The position numbers and the translations under genes were made by a program. Positions 24,401 through 36,504 of a stretch of DNA of 64,000 nt are shown here, one piece after another. The notes beneath the pieces were generated by a model. It did no database searches. It was not told the DNA's origin and saw only the letters and a list, made by a program, of their open reading frames with translations. Each line of letters opens with the position of its first letter. Position 1 is the first letter of the stretch. Location: positions 7,564,001-7,628,000 of the forward strand of contig JAYWIR010000001.1 in NCBI GenBank assembly GCA_036172245.1. The letters are read 5' to 3'. The DNA comes from Raillietiella orientalis. Its lineage: Eukaryota.

Positions 24401-25723
24401 ACGCAAAGTAAAGCGCTCACTGGTTTTCAGAAAATCGTTAATTTCTGTTTAGTAAAAAAAGATGCACATACTTTCTATATCATGGAACATAGCAAACAAA
24501 AGACAGCATTGTCAATTAGATGGTACATTCAAGTTCAACAACGTTTAAATAAACCAATTAAAGTTATTACTAGTAGTACAGATTGGCGCAAATTAGTATC
24601 ATTCACTCTATTTTAAATGCGCAGAGTAATAGATTAAATCAGAACGTTTTCAGTCTTCAGTCTCACATAATCTTACTCAAACAAAGAGTGTATTATATAA
24701 TCTTATGGTTCAGTTAAATTCTACTGCAAACATGTACAGTTTCCCATCAGCCTTTACGGATAAAAGCAGGCCATCAAATATTTATTTTTGATACTCCTTT
24801 GCATCAGAAACGAAAACCAGAAATCTCGGTTCTTTTGTTTGTTTATTATCAGTATGTATCTTTTCTTGCATTTGTAGGTACCTAATTGAATGTTACAGAA
24901 TCTGCAAACATAAGGTTAATATTTTTAGGATCATTATTTCTGAAGTATGAGGAATTGTACGTTAGACAAAATAATGCTGATGTGAAGCGATGTGCAAATT
25001 TACTACTGAGGATTTTACCTAAATAAAGGTATTTCTTATAATATTATGAATCGTTTCATATACGAATATGTCAAAGGAATGCGTGAGAACTTTTCTTTTA
25101 TTTTTCAGAAAGATTTATTAATTGATAATTGGTGAAAAGCTTACGGTACTATAGATACGAATGAACTGATGCGATCTTACGATTGCCATTATGTACGGAG
25201 GCGTTTTGAAATATATGTTTGAAAATCTATTTGAAATATATATTCCTAAATAAGTTATTTTTGTGATCCAGCTTCGAAAACCTGTGTAGTGAACACCGTG
25301 TTTCTATTCTGCTTTTCTTCTATTTATAAAAAGTTTTGTATTGGAAAATAGCTTGTAAACAATAAAAATGAAGCTATCAATAATTCTCATTGTTTTTTTT
25401 ATTTGAGAAACATCCGAATTTTTATTGCTTTCATGAAATGCAATTCAATTTACTATGCAATTCAATTCTCAAATACCGAGGTTTTATTTTCTACACTTGG
25501 TAACCCTGTCCTGAACTTAATGCTGGACTTCGTCTTCGGTAATTTAAAGGTAAACCTTGTGAAATTATAAACAGATCATGTTGGACAAAATGTGTACGAA
25601 CGTATTCCATAGATACCGTGATGAATCCCAAGATGCACAACAATAAAGGATGGTGGTTCTCTTAGTCGGATATCAAAAAGGAAGAGTTCATGGATAAAAA
25701 TCATTTTGCTCGTGTTTTCACAG

Positions 25724-28700
25724 ATGGATGATAATGCTGATTCAGGTGCTCCTACTTGTGATCGTAACGTGATAGAAACTCGTACAATAGCAGAGAAATC
25801 ATCAGAGGATTTGCATCTGGAGTCAGGCTTTATGAATGTAACCTCTTCTGAAGCAGCATTATTGTTAAAGCAGCTACGTCAAAATAAGGGTATTGAGATC
25901 ATTCCACAGAACGCTGCACATCCACGCAGCCAAGCGAATGAAGAAGATACAATCATTAGGTGATTTCATATTATTGTTTACCCATGAAAAGTTGCTGCTT
26001 TTAGACGTGAATGCTGTTCCTGTCTGAATCCTGAAAATGGAAGCAAGTCAAGCAATGTATTTTCCAAATGTTGCACTGAATCGAGGGACACCGACAAATT
26101 TTGTAATTCGGTAAGTTACGGAAATTTCTGTAAGAAAAAATTTATTGTTCTTGGGCTTTCACTTTAAAGTCCCATAAAATGAATGTGAGCAGTCTGCATC
26201 AATAATACTAAGTATGCAATACATACAGTGAGGTTTCATTTGCTGAATCCCTCACTGAATGCTAATTCAGTAAGGGGTTGAGCAGTGTGCGTTTATTCTT
26301 GTGACTTTTTCAGCCGACTAATCTTTAAAGTGAAAGCAGAGGAAGCATTATAAAATTATTACTGTGTGTGTCACACACAGTAATAATTTTGACTTAGTTT
26401 ATTACATTGTACTATGAATGTAATGCAAATAACATTTCCTCATGTTTGAATGAATCAGTTGCTTTTTTCAAATGAAGGTTTCCAACAATAATTCTCATTG
26501 ATTATTTTGATGTCAGCAGCTCATTAAGTTGGTTTTAATTTATGTGTGATGCCTTTCAAGACAAAACATTTATTGAAAACGTCCTTGTATTTATAAATTT
26601 CGTTTTTTTCGCCTTTTAAGAAGCCAGATTCCTTGAGCAATCGTCTCGGATTAAAGAATAGTATGAAGATGAATGTATACATGCAAACTCAAATTAGTTT
26701 TAGTATTTCCAATGAATCAGATATTATCTGTTGCTTGTAAAGGCTTCTAATGACATGATGAACTTTTATTATGGTTACATAGTGATATGTAGTATGCCAT
26801 TATTCAGTTAGCAGTATGGTAGAGGGTGTATGATATTAACTTGTGCATTGCAGTGGTGGTCATTCCAACTTTGCTTGCTTGGCTTATGCAGAGGTTTATT
26901 TTCACAAAATGAAAATTCAACAATTTCCGATTTATTAATTATTTTTAAATAAGACTTTGAGATATGTTTGCTGCTACATAAACTTTGAATTTATTGCATG
27001 TTTTGTTCAGTAAGATTAGTGTCAGAGTATGAACAGTTAAGATTGTTCAATTTGTGCTCTCGAGTTATTGCTCATACAACTGAATTTATGAATCAATCAA
27101 AAAAAAACACACTAGAATTTTTTTTTGTTTGAGCACATGTAATTCCTCTACAATCTGGATTTCTCATCAGCAGTAATTCTGTTCTCTTATATTTTCATCT
27201 GTGTGAATCGTTTCTTTTTTTTGCTAATTAAACTCCATGTTGTTTAATCTCCATATATCAGTTAATTTGCCTTTATTGCAGATCACCAGATTTCCATTGT
27301 TCCATTTTTGCTATTTGGGTTGCCATTTTTGAATTTGACAGTGTAACAATTTTATTAAGTTTCATACTGGTAGATACTAATTAGAAATAATATATTGAAG
27401 GTAGCAATTCCATAGATACAAAATTTGTTTCCACAATTATTTCAATATCAAGTACAGACACTGAAAACTTTGAATTGTGTGAATGAACACTGCTCCATTT
27501 GTATGCAAAATTAGTTTGAAAATCAACTTGTACGAACATTTAATTTAATTTGATTAGTTTGTTGGTGAGACTCCAACATCATACATGAGATTCTTTGAAT
27601 GTTTTTTTTCAAAAATAGCCAGTACACCAAGAGAGTTTTCCCTATAGTTCATGGACAGTTTTTGTTATTTGTTTTTCCTACTTTCCTCAGTATTAAATTG
27701 TTGTTTATTTAGTGTGAGAATTTAGTTTTCATTCTTTGTTTTTATAGCCTTTGTTTTAAGAAAAGTACAGAGTGTGACTTAGGTTCGGGATAGCTGTCTT
27801 TTCTCAGATACTTCCTTGCAACTTCCGTAAGTGCACCATTTCATCGTATTAGTCACAATAAGAGGAGTTTTTCACCAGTGATTCTCAGATTCTTCCCGTT
27901 TGTTGTATGGAAATTGCTCTGTTTTGTCCTAATTTTCGATGAATACACAATTTTGCAAAGATAAAGAAAAATACATCCTGTGATTTAAGGCAGCATTCAT
28001 GTAATGAAAATTTTCATTTTATGATTATCTAATGTGCTTTTACGCCATTAGGTGCCCAAGTGCATTTGAGGTCGATTGAGTTTATTTATCCCTAGGATTT
28101 TAGAGTTATTGAAAAGTGAATATCAACTGAAAGTATATCTGTGGTGCCTTTACATTCCTTCCATAAAAAGAAAGGCGAAATTTTTTTTTATTGGCCAAAA
28201 GAATACGTTTTTACGAAATTTTCATTGCTTAAAAACTGGTGGCATCATTTTTATTTATCCATGAAACTTTTGATAATGTTCGAAAGTGTCTTTTGCCTCC
28301 AGAATTAGTTTTGTTTTATTGTTTATGGACAGTTCATTTTTTAGTAGTCATAATGTTTTTTAGAGGCAGTTAGAATGTCGCTTCAGTTGTTTCTGGTAAT
28401 TCCTTGTGGACTTTTGCATCCAAGGATTTGTGACGTATTGCCATGTGCATTGACTGATCGAATAAAACACAAGTATTTATCAACAATTTGAATGAAGGAC
28501 CTCAGATAAATCATTTAGTTGCCTTACTTGTCTCTTATAATAAGCGTTATGAAAAATAGCGACGAGGATTACTTTCGTTGTTAATTACGCTAGACACATA
28601 GTATGCAATGCTAGAAACAGTCTTACATTCTTCCATTTTCAAGTTACTCAGTTGTACTTATAGTTTCAACTTACAAATCGATTTTTCAGTGTATTTATTC

Positions 28701-31700
28701 TTTTTGTAGATTACAATTACTAGTTTGCCCCAACCAGCTTTGGCTAATAGGGAGAAGCAGCAACATAATGCAAAACTGTCAGAAAATGAGTGGTCATCAG
28801 ATAATTTAGCCGAGATAAACGAGAATTCGGAATTGGAAATTTGTGCTGAGAAAAAATTGAATCAGACGATAGAAGAGTGTCATGTCAAGCAGAGAATTCA
28901 TGCATCCGGAAAATCAACATGTCAGGATGACTACTACGCCAAACTGTTGAGAGCACAATCAAAAAAATACTGTTCAAAAAATTTTTTAAGGTATTTGTTT
29001 TAAATTAATTATTGGATCCTTTTTTCTGGTTGACATTTTAGAAATGTTTGATTTCTCTATACGTGTCGTTCGTTAACTTGCATGGGTGTATGTGTGTTTG
29101 TTTTCCCATTTGTCGAAAACAAACACTTTTATGATTTGCGGTGAACGGGCATTTCGATATACTTATACCGTGGCCACATGGTTTTTTGTTTAAAATGATT
29201 TTTTTTCAAATTAAGTGTGAAATTTGGATTATTTTTTTTTTTCATGTGAAGCAGTCCTTTCAAAAATAATACAGAAACTTGATTCCGATGCTTTATGCAC
29301 TTTGTTTCATACGATAAACGATTATGTCCGAATCCATTCCCTATTAATCGGGAAGGAATATTGCAGTCTGAGAAAACGCAATTTGTACAGTAATTATGAA
29401 CTTGCAAATTATTCACGTAATTGCAAATTTATTTTGAATGTTTAAAGTTGCAACGTGGGATTTCCGTTCATCTTCTCATCGCATGGCAAGCTTGCATAAT
29501 TGCGCTCCGCAATTTAACAATTTCTATCCAAAAATCTTCTCGGACTGGAGCTCGGTGAACGGGGTAACTGGATTGTGCTAACCTTAATAAATTCTAAATT
29601 GACTGAGTTTGATTTTCCTACTCGTATTCCTTTGTTTGCTATGTGTATTCATTTTCAATCGATTTTTTCAGTGGTGAATAAATGTCTTCAAGTATGTAGC
29701 CTGTGTTAAGAAATCTGTTTATTTTCAGTAAACAGATTCTCATGCAAGCCCAAGTCCCACAAATCACATCAACTAGTCAGCCAAAAATTAGAATGTGTGA
29801 TGAATCAAAATGTGAAGAATTAATAAATTTGAAGTCACCTATTTGCTCCGCAAATAAAAAACGTTTACTTTCTTCAGGATACGTATCAAAATTAAAATGC
29901 TTTAATGCCGAGGAAACTATACCTTTAACAAATTTGCATCAGCATTGCAAGAAACCTGAAGTTTTTAATAGTGCTGTTAGTAAAAACGGAAATATTTTGA
30001 AATACTGCAACCATAAAAAGGCAGTAACAGAAGACAAACCAGCGGGACATTGTCATGTTGCATCTTATACAGCTCTTGCAAACAAAACACCAGCGGGTTG
30101 CATGAAATCAATAAACAATAACTTTAAGCATGATCATGTAAGTCAGTTAAAATCAAATCATTTGGCTCAAAAAGAAAAGCATTTTTGCAATGCTGCTACT
30201 GCCCCAAGGTATAATTCTTGAAAAAAGTATCACTTTTAAAGCATGAATATTAGATCAGTGTGTCGTACAAGTTCTCTTCAAGTGCCTGGAGAAGTTGTTA
30301 CCTCTACTACAAATGAAGATACTGTAGATAATGAACATATTGGTGATACAACTGTGACAACTACTTTTGAAAACAGTCGTTACAGTCAGTTAAAAAAGGT
30401 AAATAGTGAGAAATTACGAGGTCAATTATTTCTCAATTACAAGGATCATGCAACATGCATGAAAGTCTGTTTCCACTGTGAGCGAGAATCATCCAATGTC
30501 TGTTCTCATACTCAGCATGAAATGTCTGAGCTTTCAAAAATGGGGAATCAGAAAAGTAGTATGAGAGATTTGGGATTACCAAAATATGTGAGAATTATCT
30601 TGGAACTAAAGGACTGAATGCAATTTCTGAATTTCAGTTCTATGGTAATGGAAAGGAAACGACTTCAGATTTACTAAAATATGATTCACATGCATACTTT
30701 CTACGAAAAAATTCTGATGAACCAGGTTAGGTGTAGCTATCTCAATACAAGTTGCTATGTTTACCCATATCTAGAATGTCTTACACTTTCGTCTGATGAA
30801 GATGAAAATACTCATGGTTGTTGTAAAAGAATAGTGAAATGTCCTAAAGAAGGATTATCCCAGAAACAACCCAGTGTCAATGCTGGTCACAATTATACTT
30901 TCCTTCAGTGTCGTACTGTTCGAGTAGGTTCTTATCGAGTAGCTCCTCAGGAAAGAGTAGTAATCAATCATGAAGGCATCAAGATTATTGTGCCACCTGT
31001 AGTTAATTGTAAGAGAAATATAATATTGCTCGATGTTTTTTTTTGCCCTCATTTTGCAAAGGTGATGCTGATCCAGTGGTGCTGAGAATTTCTTTAGAAA
31101 GTATGTTGCAAATCTTAGTACACTTTGGGAATGCTTTCCCTGCAATTTTTGTTTACACCAAACCCTCTGGGGCAGCTCACATAAGAGAGATACTAAAAAT
31201 GACAGATCCTAATGGCCCCTATTATGATCCTCGAAGTGATAATGAAGCACAGAAACTGATAACTATTTTGCCAGAATCACTCAAAGAAGATGCCAAAGTT
31301 GTTATTCAACAGCTGTTTGCTAGTTTTCAGAGTATTTTTCAGGAAATCAATGAAAAGGATGCCAATGATATTTTAGTACGTTCCTCACCCAGTAGTGTAA
31401 GTTTGACGGATAGTGCAGATGGGAAAGGTTTGATGATTGTGTAGGAATCCAATAATCTTGCGAAAATTCCACGCAAATCGAGCCCTGCTCCTGCCCCTGT
31501 TTCAACTGCATACTCTTCTAAGATCGTACCATCCAGAATGACGAGGGTGGCAACACAGGATCCAGCTGCTCCTCAAACGTAAGAACGTATTTTTTCCCCG
31601 CAATTCTTTTTACAGTCGGTTGTTTTCTCCTCAGCATTCTCATTTGGCCCCCTCCTCCCACTAAAGGTGGAATTACTATAACAACAAACGATTATGTTTG

Positions 31701-33727
31701 TCTTGAAGAAGAGCAGTTTCTAAATGATGTTATAATTGATTTTTATTTAAAGTAAGAATCATTAGCTGCTTGCAAATATTGCACTTAGGTACTTGAAAAT
31801 AGATACTTACTCTTGGAGAAGCTATCAGAAGAAGATCGTGTTAGAACCCATATTTTTAGTTCTTTTTTCTATCAACGTTTAACAACGAGACCAAAGAACC
31901 AGCGTTCTAATTCTTCTGAAATGGATCCTAAGTTAACTCCGGCTGAAAAACGCCATAGCCGGGTTAGAGGATGGACTAAAGGAGTGGACATTTTTGCCAA
32001 GGACTTTGTCATAGTCCCCATTAATGAACAGTTGAGTACATGGACAGTAGGGCAAGAAAAATAACATTTTTGTTTTCAGTGCTCATTGGTTTCTAGCCAT
32101 AATCTGTTTTCCTGGGATTGAGCCTACCTTCTCATCAGATGCACCAGCAAAAGTTGTTTCCAAACCAGACCATAGATTAAGCAACTTTTTTAATCATGGT
32201 AAAAGACCAAATGCAGCTTCATCTGCAGCAGAGATGCAGTTAATGCAAATTGGAGCAACAACCATCACCCCTATTAAAAGTAATCTAAGTCCTGTGATGG
32301 CTCTCCAGCATCAACCAGCTACAATTCCTTCACCAATGTTCTACTCTGATGAGGATTCTTCAGATCGGGATGAAGCTGAAAGTGATGAAGATACAGAGGA
32401 TGAAACATATTTGGTGAGTTGAGCGTTAGCGTAGTAAAATAACAGTTAATCAACCTTTCAACACACTATTCCTCTGTTACATTTTGAAGTTGTACTGTAC
32501 AGGTTTTTTTTTTTTTTTTTTTCCTGTCTATTTTAGCAGACACATCAGAAGCCACAAAATGCAGATAATAGTGAGCAGCAATTAGTTCAGGAGTAAGTAC
32601 ATGTACTTTTTTATTCTTATCACATCTTTATTCTTATCCCTTGTCATTTTAGGCCATGCATTTTGATTTTTGATTCTTTGGTGGGATGTAGTCGATCACG
32701 AATATTTGCAACTTTACGAGACTATTTAGAAGTTGAATTCAAAGCGAGACACAAGTGTGAGCGCAAGTTTACCCGCTCTAACATGCGTTGTCAAGTATTA
32801 GAGGTTCCACAGCAAACAAATTTTAGTGACTGTGGCATATATCTGTTACAGTATGTGGAAAGCTTTTTTGAACACCCAATACCTTGTTTTCAATTACCAC
32901 TTCCCAAAATGACGAACTGGTTCCCTGAAGAGAAAGTACTCAGCAAACGGCATCAAATACAAAAACTAATTAAGCGACTGATTCAGCAACAGAATTTGAC
33001 AAGCTTTCAAGATTCTGGCTCAAGTACCAGAACTGAGAAGAACGTAATTTCAGATTCACACGCCTGTCAGTCTAGTGTCTCTGCTAATTATAACGTGCAT
33101 ATGAATGACAGTGTGCCTTTAATTTCTCCCCCCAATGCTTTTTCGGAAGAGTGCCATGCTAATTTTTCTCCTGAAAAAAAATTCTTGCAAGTGCATAGAG
33201 ATGTGTGCTTCAATGAACAGTGTGAACATTATATTGATGGTATGATGGATGATGAAGTTTGTGATGATGAAGAAGATACAAGGGATGAAGAGGAAGAAGA
33301 AGAGGAGAGAATGGAGGAAGCAGAATTTGATGAACATTCATTTTTTATTCCTCGTAATTTGTGGCATGTAGAAAAGGATGCAGTGCTGATGGATGGACAT
33401 CAGCATATTGATCTCAGATTTTGTAATGCTTTACCTGAGGAATTTGATGATGAGTTGGATGAAGATGTGATGGAACAGAATGATGATGATGATGACGAAG
33501 AAGAAGAAGAAGAAGAAGAAGAAGAAGAAGAAATGGAGAGACATTTGCTTCAAGGCAAACAGTGCATAGCAGATACAAGTTTCTCAATGCAGTCCAAAGA
33601 AGACTGGCAACGCTTAAGTAGAACTTTACAAAATCAACAAATTACAATAGAATCAGTAACAGTAAAAAAAAGAGAAACTCTTAAAAAAGATGAATGTGAT
33701 AAAAAGAAGCGAAAATATGAAAGCTAA
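25724..33727 (+). CDS. SENP7: Sentrin/SUMO-specific protease of the SENP6/7 (Ulp2, Peptidase C48) family; exons 25724-25959, 26005-26110, 28710-28990, 29729-30208, 30254-30587, 30638-30725, 30775-31008, 31062-31396, 31445-31578, 31635-31751, 31803-32030, 32080-32413, 32537-32592, 32653-33727
   Basis: Open frame with consistent splice phases; [11 protein letters not shown]-like region; [45 protein letters not shown] (His), PCILIFDSL (Asp), [22 protein letters not shown] (Gln/Cys); split catalytic domain; SIM-like [11 protein letters not shown]. The true start may be in a further upstream exon. Confidence 0.93.
26155..26337. repeat. Nested inverted repeats in SENP intron 2
   Basis: Perfect 15-bp arms gctttcactttaaag (26155-26169) / ctttaaagtgaaagc (26323-26337) enclosing a 20-bp imperfect hairpin (26241-26284). 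Confidence 0.8.
26352..26390. repeat. Perfect palindrome, 19-bp arms with 1-nt spacer
   Basis: aaaattattactgtgtgtg-t-cacacacagtaataatttt. Confidence 0.95.
33477..33532 (+). repeat. Coding (GAT)n(GAA)n microsatellite encoding poly-Asp/poly-Glu
   Basis: Direct inspection; in frame in the last SENP exon. Confidence 0.9.
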
Positions 33728-35729
33728 AGGCAAAAAGTTGTTGCTAGTTTAGCTTAAAGTAAGACAGTTATTAAACAGAAGTTTTACATAAGAATGAAAT
33801 AAAGTATATTTGTAAAAGTATGAACATAGCAAATAGTGATCTAGTTTTGAGTACGTCTAAGTATTGTTGTGTTGTAAAATTTGCAGTTTGTCTGTGCCTC
33901 AGGTCGGACACAAAGTAGTAGACCCACAATTACATGTACATTGTATTTGTTGTGATTTGCGGACAAGGTTTTCTTTCAAAAGATGTATATCTCAATAAGC
34001 AGTCATTTTGAACCGAACATGATTCAGGAGTTAAGGTTGTGGTTACTTTTTCTACATTAGCATTGTGCCTGAGCAGATGTATTTTAAATCGAGTTTGCAT
34101 ATTTCGTGTATTTTCATAGTTCCCTGTTTCTCCGAGGGAAACGGGATAATTTCACCATTAATTGGATCAACCCATCATGTTTTCTTGTGGTGCATCAAAT
34201 GGAATGGGATAATATAATTATAGTTGTATCTGCATTATTTTCTATGTTGAAGTTGATGTTCGCTGCTACGCTGATGTGCATAAATTTTATGGAAATGCAG
34301 TTTATTTTAGACAAATCAGCATAGCTTTTGTTTAACATCTGGTACTTCTAACTGGTTTTTCCATTTCTGAATTTGATGAAAATAGTCAGGCAATGACAGT
34401 GGATTTGTGCGAATAGAATGCTTTGGTGTTTCAAAATTGAAAATTCCTGAGTTTGCACGTAAGACTGATTTTCGATGGCAGTTTTCAAGAAGTTGGAAGT
34501 GGTCCGGAGTTCTAATGATCTACCTGCTCCTTTGCTTTTGTGGCTAAAGAATGTACTGTGGCTTTCCTCGAGATTCGTCAGCATCAAGGGTTGGTACACG
34601 GGCTTGCATGCAAGGTATATTGTTCGTTGAGATTACCAGACTGATTAGTACAGGGCTAGATGGAAAAGTTTTAATCTGCACTGTCTTTAGCTGCTTTGTT
34701 ATGGATCATTCTGCTTTTGCAGATTCAGGAAATCAAAGTTAACTGGAATAAACGATCAAATAATGCAAACTTGTACGTGCTCTGTTCATTCCTAAATCCC
34801 GAAGTTTTTTTTCCATTAAGCAGTTTTTTCCATTTTCCTCTGTGTGTCTGAAGCTTAACATTCTTGAAGTGTATGTCGAATCTCTATCCGCTGTTTTCAT
34901 CTCCCATTATGGTTCATTAGTCCACACTTAAATTCATTTTACGCTTTTATGTTTTCTTTTTTTGGAAAGCAAATTCGTTCTTGGAATTCATTCCGTTTGG
35001 AAGTATTTTCAGAAACTCCGTTCTAACATGTTTGCAGCTTCCACTTCAACTTGGTTTTGTATATTTTCATTTTTGTCTTGTTCAAACATTATCCTAATAA
35101 TGATATCAGGATTTACTCTGTGATGCAAACAGCGGACAGTGACGGCAACAGAAAAATAAAAAAAGTTTTAATGAAAACCTAATAGAAATAGAGAATGGAA
35201 TAGAGAATAGGGAACAACGAGAACACTAGAAATAGAGAACAGAGTAGAAGAGATACAGAATTTTGTTTCGAGTTCACAAGAGTGAACCTCACCAGAAGCC
35301 TATTGTGACATAAATTTTATGGCACAATTATGATAATTACGATAATTCATATCGTGAGTTACAGTTAAAATGTGCTTTTCGAACTAAATAAATCAAGGAA
35401 ATCCAGAAAGCAACCAAGATGAAATCAAACCCGTTACATAAAAAAAAAAGAATCCGCCTGAATTCAAGCTCTTCCTTTGCATATTTGAGGTGAGCATATT
35501 CGAATAAAGCTATTGTGGCTTTCAGGACTATCTGCATTGCGAAGTTCCATTTTTTGTTTTAATTAGAATAATGACAAGGATTATTCATTCAATCTGAAAA
35601 AAGTGTTTTCATATTTTCAAGTCTGAAAAAAAGAGTTCTACACGGAATACAGTACATTTAAACCTTTTTTACATAAAGTTCTTATTTACAGAATTTTTGT
35701 TTTGTTAGGATTCTTGTTTCCGACGCATA

Positions 35730-35766
35730 GCACAACTATGCATGTTAGGAACATGCATAGTTGTGC
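35730..35766. repeat. Perfect hairpin, 17-bp arms with 3-nt loop
   Basis: gcacaactatgcatgtt-agg-aacatgcatagttgtgc. Confidence 0.95.
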
Positions 35767-36262
35767 ACTATATTTTCCTTGAATCCGACCTTATTGATAT
35801 TGCATCACAAACGAATATAAAGCCTCTTCCCCAAAGACGGCAAACCTCTCAATTAATCAGAATTTATCGAAGTTGCTGAGCGTCTGTATAAAATTTCTTC
35901 AAACAGCTGCATGGAACACGCTTTCAAATTAACAGTGATAAAACAAAGTGTGTGCTAAAAAGCTTGTGCTTACTCCATGAGCATCAAATAGGCTTTTGTT
36001 TCACTCCGCAAGTGACAGAAACCAACACATTAAATGGGAATCAGGAACCATTTGCTATCCTCTAAAATCGCACCGCGCTCGTGGAGGCAAGGGAAGCAGC
36101 AGCACCGAACTCCACAATGTGCAGCAAAAGCAGCCTTCTAGGAATTCTGGCACTGGAAACTCACCAATGCACTCGAACTGATTTACACCGAAAGGCGATT
36201 TTCGCGGATGTTGACAAACTTCCTCGACGGATACGAGCACTGGTGGACGTTTAGCAGTCTCA

Positions 36263-36504
36263 AGCAGAAACTGCATTGAAGCAGATTTTATACTCTTTCG
36301 CTAATTCTTTGCCTCATTAGATGCCCATCTACCGAGAGCCAATCATAGATTTGACCAATAGAACTCAACGGCTAACATCTCTCTTTTCTTGTAACTAATT
36401 CTTTAAGCACTTAATTATTTTTACTATTATTTAGACGTCGGCTGTAACCAGTTTCTTCTGGATTGAACTTTTCAGCATCAGAATGCTTCAATGCAGTTTC
36501 TACT
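36263..36504. mobile_element. 242-bp MITE, probably PIF/Harbinger (Tourist-like)
   Basis: 21-bp TIRs agcagaaactgcattgaagca / tgcttcaatgcagtttctact (20/21 match) flanked by a TCA 3-bp direct repeat (36260-36262, 36505-36507). Confidence 0.75.
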
